Below are positions 59,789 to 64,000 of a stretch of DNA of 64,000 nt, one piece after another. This stretch comes from Candidatus Komeilibacteria bacterium CG11_big_fil_rev_8_21_14_0_20_36_20 (GTDB lineage Bacteria > Patescibacteriota > Patescibacteriia > UBA1558 > GWA2-36-10), in NCBI GenBank assembly GCA_002787405.1, contig PCWQ01000012.1, positions 76,458 through 140,457 of the forward strand, read 5' to 3'. The number at the start of each line of letters is the position of its first letter. Position 1 is the stretch's first letter. The notes under the pieces are model-generated. The model had not been told where the DNA came from and did no database searches. It saw only the letters and a program-made list of their open reading frames with translations. Both the position numbers and the translations under genes were made by a program.

Positions 59789-61387
59789 TTAATTAATTTT
59801 ATAAATTCGCGTGTCTGAATCTTCGTAAACTAAACTAGCATAGAGGTCATTATCAAGATTTTGGATAAGCATAGTGTGATTGTTTTTTTCCACAAAGATA
59901 AATTCAGCACCAAAAGCATCTTTTATTTGTCGAGCCGGATTATGAATAATTTGACCGGTACTCAAATCAATAAAACGTTGATGCAGCCGGGCATCAAAGT
60001 TATGCATAAAAGTCGGATCTAAACCAACTAAATAATAATTGTGATCGTTATGATAAAAAAGAATTGGCCATTCGTCCCAGTCACTATGAAAAATAATAGA
60101 ATTTTCAGGAGTATTGTTTTTTAACCAGTTAGTGGCTAGTTGAAATTTATCAAAAGGCAGATGCTGTGGTATTTGAGTGTCAATTGTGCTTCGGATAACA
60201 GTGGGCATCACAAGGGTAGCAAAAGCCAAGAGGGCAACGATTAAATATATTTTTAAATAAAGTCTTAGTCCTTGCCAAATTTTTACGATTTTTTCCCAAT
60301 TAGTTATTTTTTTAAGGTCAGTTATTCCACAAGCAGTAAATAGGAGAGCAAAAGGCATAAAATATTCTACATATCTTCTTGATTTTATAGTTAAGAGCAG
60401 AAAGATGAACATTAAGGCAAAACTGAACCAAGTCTGGCGACTGATTTTTTTATGCCGGAATATTAAAAGTATAAAAATTAAGCAGTTAGTGACAAAGATA
60501 TGAGGGACTGCCGAGATTAAAGTAATCAGATCAGTGCCATACCATTCTCCGCCGACTGGAAATTGATTACCTAAGTTGATAATACCGATTTGGATAATCT
60601 GCTGATAATAAAAATATAAATTCTGGGGCCAGTAAGGGTTGATTATCAGCCCAGCCAGCAGGCCGAGTAGGAGCCAAACCAGTAGTTTGATATTTTTTGA
60701 TTCATTGGGTTGGTGAGTAAAAACGCGGATAACCTTATGCCATAAAAGCTTTAGTCTATTACTGTGATAGTAATTGTAAACATTGTCAGTGATTAGATAA
60801 ATTAAGGTGATTAGAATAGCTAAAGGCCAACCGCCATAAAGCCAGATAAAAATAAAACCCAACAAAGCCATCAACCATTTTTTTTGTTTAAAGAGCGCAT
60901 AAAGCAACAAGAAGATGACTAATAAGGATAAGCTGTTTGCTTTAATTAAAGATAATCTAAAATTCAAACCATTCAGAGTAATAAAAAGTAGCGTAAAAAT
61001 CCAGGGCCAGACCACGTGTATTTTTTTCAGCAACCAGTAAAAAACCAGAACCATAGTGACAGTAAAAACCACGGTGGCTATTTTGACGCCCATCAGCGGA
61101 TTACTAATTAGAGTAAACGGTGCCAAAAGAAGATGATAGAGTAGATGATGGTCGGTAAAATGGTCTTTAAGGGTGGTAAATTGCACCCAGGGCAATGTAG
61201 TCAATAATTTACCTTGTCTTAACCAGAGGGCTATTTTAGCGTGATAAAAACCATCTGGATCACCAATATAGGGAGGCCATTGCAGTTGTCCATAATAAAA
61301 GGCCATTAAAATAAAAATAGCTAAATAATCTATTTTCCAACGAGTCCATTGTTTAGTTGATTTGAGCCAGGTTAATTGCTTTGACAT
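59789..61387 (-). CDS. GT-C fold polytopic membrane glycosyltransferase (STT3/AglB-like)
   Basis: GDPDGFYH in the first loop, many TM helices, C-terminal WLKNNTPENSIIFHSDWDEW. Confidence 0.65.
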   Translation of the reverse strand: MSKQLTWLKSTKQWTRWKIDYLAIFILMAFYYGQLQWPPYIGDPDGFYHAKIALWLRQGKLLTTLPWVQFTTLKDHFTDHHLLYHLLLAPFTLISNPLMGVKIATVVFTVTMVLVFYWLLKKIHVVWPWIFTLLFITLNGLNFRLSLIKANSLSLLVIFLLLYALFKQKKWLMALLGFIFIWLYGGWPLAILITLIYLITDNVYNYYHSNRLKLLWHKVIRVFTHQPNESKNIKLLVWLLLGLLAGLIINPYWPQNLYFYYQQIIQIGIINLGNQFPVGGEWYGTDLITLISAVPHIFVTNCLIFILLIFRHKKISRQTWFSFALMFIFLLLTIKSRRYVEYFMPFALLFTACGITDLKKITNWEKIVKIWQGLRLYLKIYLIVALLAFATLVMPTVIRSTIDTQIPQHLPFDKFQLATNWLKNNTPENSIIFHSDWDEWPILFYHNDHNYYLVGLDPTFMHNFDARLHQRFIDLSTGQIIHNPARQIKDAFGAEFIFVEKNNHTMLIQNLDNDLYASLVYEDSDTRIYKIN

Positions 61388-61721
61388 AGGTCTATTTTAA
61401 CAGAAACAACTATAAAATTAAAGTCAAAATTAGAGCAAGAAAAAATCCCCGCCAGGCACGGACGCGAGGATTTTGAAATTCAGCTTGGTCTGAATCCATC
61501 TAGGAATTAAGATGAACGAGATGATAGAACAACGGTTTTATTTATCTTATTATTTTAAAAATAAAAAGTCAACCCCAAAAGAGGTAAATTTTCAACAGGG
61601 GTCGTCTTAAATTTAAAGTCTAATTAATCATTGATTTTTTGGTCTATAATTGCTAAGATATTAGTGATTATAATGACAATCAACATAAGTTCAATACTTA
61701 TTTTTGTTTAAGCAGGATTTT

Positions 61722-62426
61722 ATGAGTGGACATTCAAAATGGGCGACAATTAAAAGGGCTAAATCAGCTAATGATGCTAGGCGCAGTAATGTATTTACTA
61801 AATTATCCAAGAATATTGCTGTAGCGGCTAAGGCCGGCGCCGACCCTGACATTAATTTTAAATTGAGAATAGCCATTGATAAGGCCAGAGTTTTTAATAT
61901 GCCTAAAGACAACATTGAGAGGGCTATTAAGCGGGGTAGTGGCGGAGGAGACGATAGCAGGATTGAAAGTTTGTTATATGAGGCCTATGGCCCAGAGGGC
62001 GTTGCGATAATTATTGAAATTTTAACTGATAATAAAAATCGAGCTGTTTCCAACTTAAAACATGTTTTAAACAAACACGGCGGTAATTTAGGTAATAGCG
62101 GCTCTGTTTTATGGATGTTTGAGTCCAAAGGAGAAATTATTTTAGACAAGAATGAAATTAACAATGAAGATGAATTAAAGATAATTGATAGTGGGGCAGA
62201 AGACATTGTTCAGGATGGGCAAATAAAAGTGATCACCAGTATTGATGATTTAGAGAAGGTTAAGGATCAGTTACAAACCAATGGTTTTAAAATTGAATCT
62301 TCAGAAATGATCTATTGGCCGAAAGATAAGGTTGCTATTAAAGACGAGGAAAAATTATTGAAACTTCTGGATGCTTTAGATGATGATGAAGATGTGAATA
62401 ATATTCATACTAACGCTAATATATAA
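61722..62426 (+). CDS. yebC: YebC/PmpR family protein
   Basis: MSGHSKWATIKR, MPKDNIERAI, YEAYGP, TDNKNR. Confidence 0.95.
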   Translation: MSGHSKWATIKRAKSANDARRSNVFTKLSKNIAVAAKAGADPDINFKLRIAIDKARVFNMPKDNIERAIKRGSGGGDDSRIESLLYEAYGPEGVAIIIEILTDNKNRAVSNLKHVLNKHGGNLGNSGSVLWMFESKGEIILDKNEINNEDELKIIDSGAEDIVQDGQIKVITSIDDLEKVKDQLQTNGFKIESSEMIYWPKDKVAIKDEEKLLKLLDALDDDEDVNNIHTNANI

Positions 62427-62920
62427 TGCTGAGTAAACCAAGAATTATTTTGGGTTTAGACCCAGGTTTAGCTGATACTGGTTTTGGCGTTATTTCGGTT
62501 GTTGGCAACCAATTGACTTTTATGGATGCCGGTAGTATCCAGACAGCTAAACAGATCGCTTTTACTAAACGGTTGGAAAGTATTTTTTTAGATATAAATA
62601 AGATTATTAAAAAATATCAGCCGGATTTGGTGGCAGTGGAAAAATTGTATTTTGCTCGCAATGTAACAACTGCTTTGAGTGTTGGAGAAGCTCGAGGTGT
62701 AATTTTATTGGCTATTCAGCAAAATAACAAAGAATTATTGGAATTTACTCCCCTGCAAATTAAACAGGCTTTGACTACTAGCGGACAAGCCAGTAAGAAG
62801 CAGGTAGGACAGATGGTTAAGGCTATTTTGAAACTTGCAATAATTCCTCAACCAGATGATGTCGCGGATGCTTTAGCTATTGCCATTACGGCTTCCTTTT
62901 TTAATAAAAAATTAGTTTAA
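62426..62920 (+). CDS. ruvC: Crossover junction endodeoxyribonuclease RuvC
   Basis: LGLDPG..DTGFG, AVE, EARGV, DDVADALAIA. Confidence 0.96.
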   Translation: MLSKPRIILGLDPGLADTGFGVISVVGNQLTFMDAGSIQTAKQIAFTKRLESIFLDINKIIKKYQPDLVAVEKLYFARNVTTALSVGEARGVILLAIQQNNKELLEFTPLQIKQALTTSGQASKKQVGQMVKAILKLAIIPQPDDVADALAIAITASFFNKKLV

Positions 62921-62922
62921 TT

Positions 62923-64000
62923 ATGAAATCATTAAAAATAGTTTCCATTGCCTCGGAAGTTGATCCTTATTCTAAGACAGGTGGCTTAGCTGATGTAGCT
63001 AGGGCTTTGCCTAAGTCTTTACATCGGCTGGGGCATGAAGTAATTATTATTACACCTTTATACGGTCGGGCCATAGATAAAGATAAACATAATCTGGAGA
63101 GAATATATAGTGATGTCAAATTACGCCTAGACAAAAAAAATGAGGTAAAAGTCAGTTATTATCGAGCTGAATTATTACTGGGCTTAAAGGTGTATTTTAT
63201 TCGTAATGATAAATATTTTTCCCGCTATAAAAAAATTTATGGTTCCAGTCATGAGAATGCTCGTTTTTATTTGTTTGATGTGGCTGCTTTAAAATTAATT
63301 TCTCTTTTAAAGTTTAAAGCCGATGTTATTCATTGTCATGATTGGCAGGCCGGTCTCATTCCTTATTTAAAAAAACACCGTTTTAGAAAAAGCCAAACTT
63401 TAGCTAAGGCAGTTACTGTTTTCACCATTCATAATCTAACTTTTCAGTTAGGCACTAATTGGTGGGAAGTCCCCTTAAAATATAAAGACAAGGGTATTAA
63501 GGCCTTACCTTTATTTAGCAATCCTAAAATAGAATATATTAATTTTGCTAAAAGGGCTATCTTGTGGGCTGACATTATTAATACTGTTTCCGAAACTTAC
63601 GCGGAGGAAATTATTAAGAAAAAATTCGGGCAGGATCTCCATCGTATTTTGATTAATCGTCGCCATAAATTATTTGGGGTGGTTAATGGTATTGATTATT
63701 ATGACTATAACCCCAAGACAGATAAGGGGTTAAAGAAGAATTATACAGTAGAGAATGTTCACCGTAAAATTGTTAATAAGCGTTATTTGCAAAAACTCTA
63801 TAAATTGCCGGTTAATGATGGGCTGCCGCTGATCGGATTAACTTCCCGCATTACTGAACAAAAAGGATTTGATTTAATTTTAGATATTTTACCGACTGTT
63901 TTGCTGCGTGATGTGCAGGTTATTATTTTAGGTACGGGAGAAAAGCCGTATATTAAAAAACTTAATCAAATCACCAAAAAATATCCAAATAAATTTGTTT
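62923..64000 (+). CDS. glgA: Glycogen synthase (truncated by the window end)
   Basis: MKSLKIVSIASEVDPYSKTGGLADV, HCHDWQ, FTIHNL, NTVS..YA, GVVNGID, SRITEQKG. Confidence 0.93.
   Translation, partial: MKSLKIVSIASEVDPYSKTGGLADVARALPKSLHRLGHEVIIITPLYGRAIDKDKHNLERIYSDVKLRLDKKNEVKVSYYRAELLLGLKVYFIRNDKYFSRYKKIYGSSHENARFYLFDVAALKLISLLKFKADVIHCHDWQAGLIPYLKKHRFRKSQTLAKAVTVFTIHNLTFQLGTNWWEVPLKYKDKGIKALPLFSNPKIEYINFAKRAILWADIINTVSETYAEEIIKKKFGQDLHRILINRRHKLFGVVNGIDYYDYNPKTDKGLKKNYTVENVHRKIVNKRYLQKLYKLPVNDGLPLIGLTSRITEQKGFDLILDILPTVLLRDVQVIILGTGEKPYIKKLNQITKKYPNKFV

Overview
AT-rich window spanning the replication origin (yidC-yidD-rnpA-rpmH <- oriC -> dnaA-dnaN) of a reduced bacterial genome. I infer Patescibacteria/CPR (Parcubacteria-like) from the rpmF-nusB-rnc-smc order, hingeless-looking SMC, tandem VirB2/TrbC-type pilins, VanW and lamin-tail proteins, and the mostly SD-less core genes. 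Gene orientation flips from mainly minus to mainly plus near 26.4 kb. Core content: smc, rnc, nusB (fused to NUDIX), rpmF, ssb, rnhB, gdhA, trxB/trxA, ruvA, femX-like, murE, rpoB, rpoC, ftsK, recA, galU, yebC, ruvC, glgA, and three tRNAs (Val-GAC, Leu-TAG, Arg-CCT). The most striking pattern is two expression grammars. Most core genes lack a Shine-Dalgarno or look leaderless. About nine scattered accessory units instead share a near-consensus sigma70 promoter, usually a boxA-like leader, a strong SD and usually a terminator. Several of their products (a T9SS-CTD protein, an orphan FabH) would have no obvious partner machinery in a CPR cell. Also present: a promoter/terminator-bounded rod-like ncRNA candidate, a nested palindromic repeat family (one copy in frame inside hsp20), a pilin array with near-identical DNA cores, and a NoeA/NoeB-like module next to an STT3-like gene. 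No database searches were run; family calls come from motif recognition.
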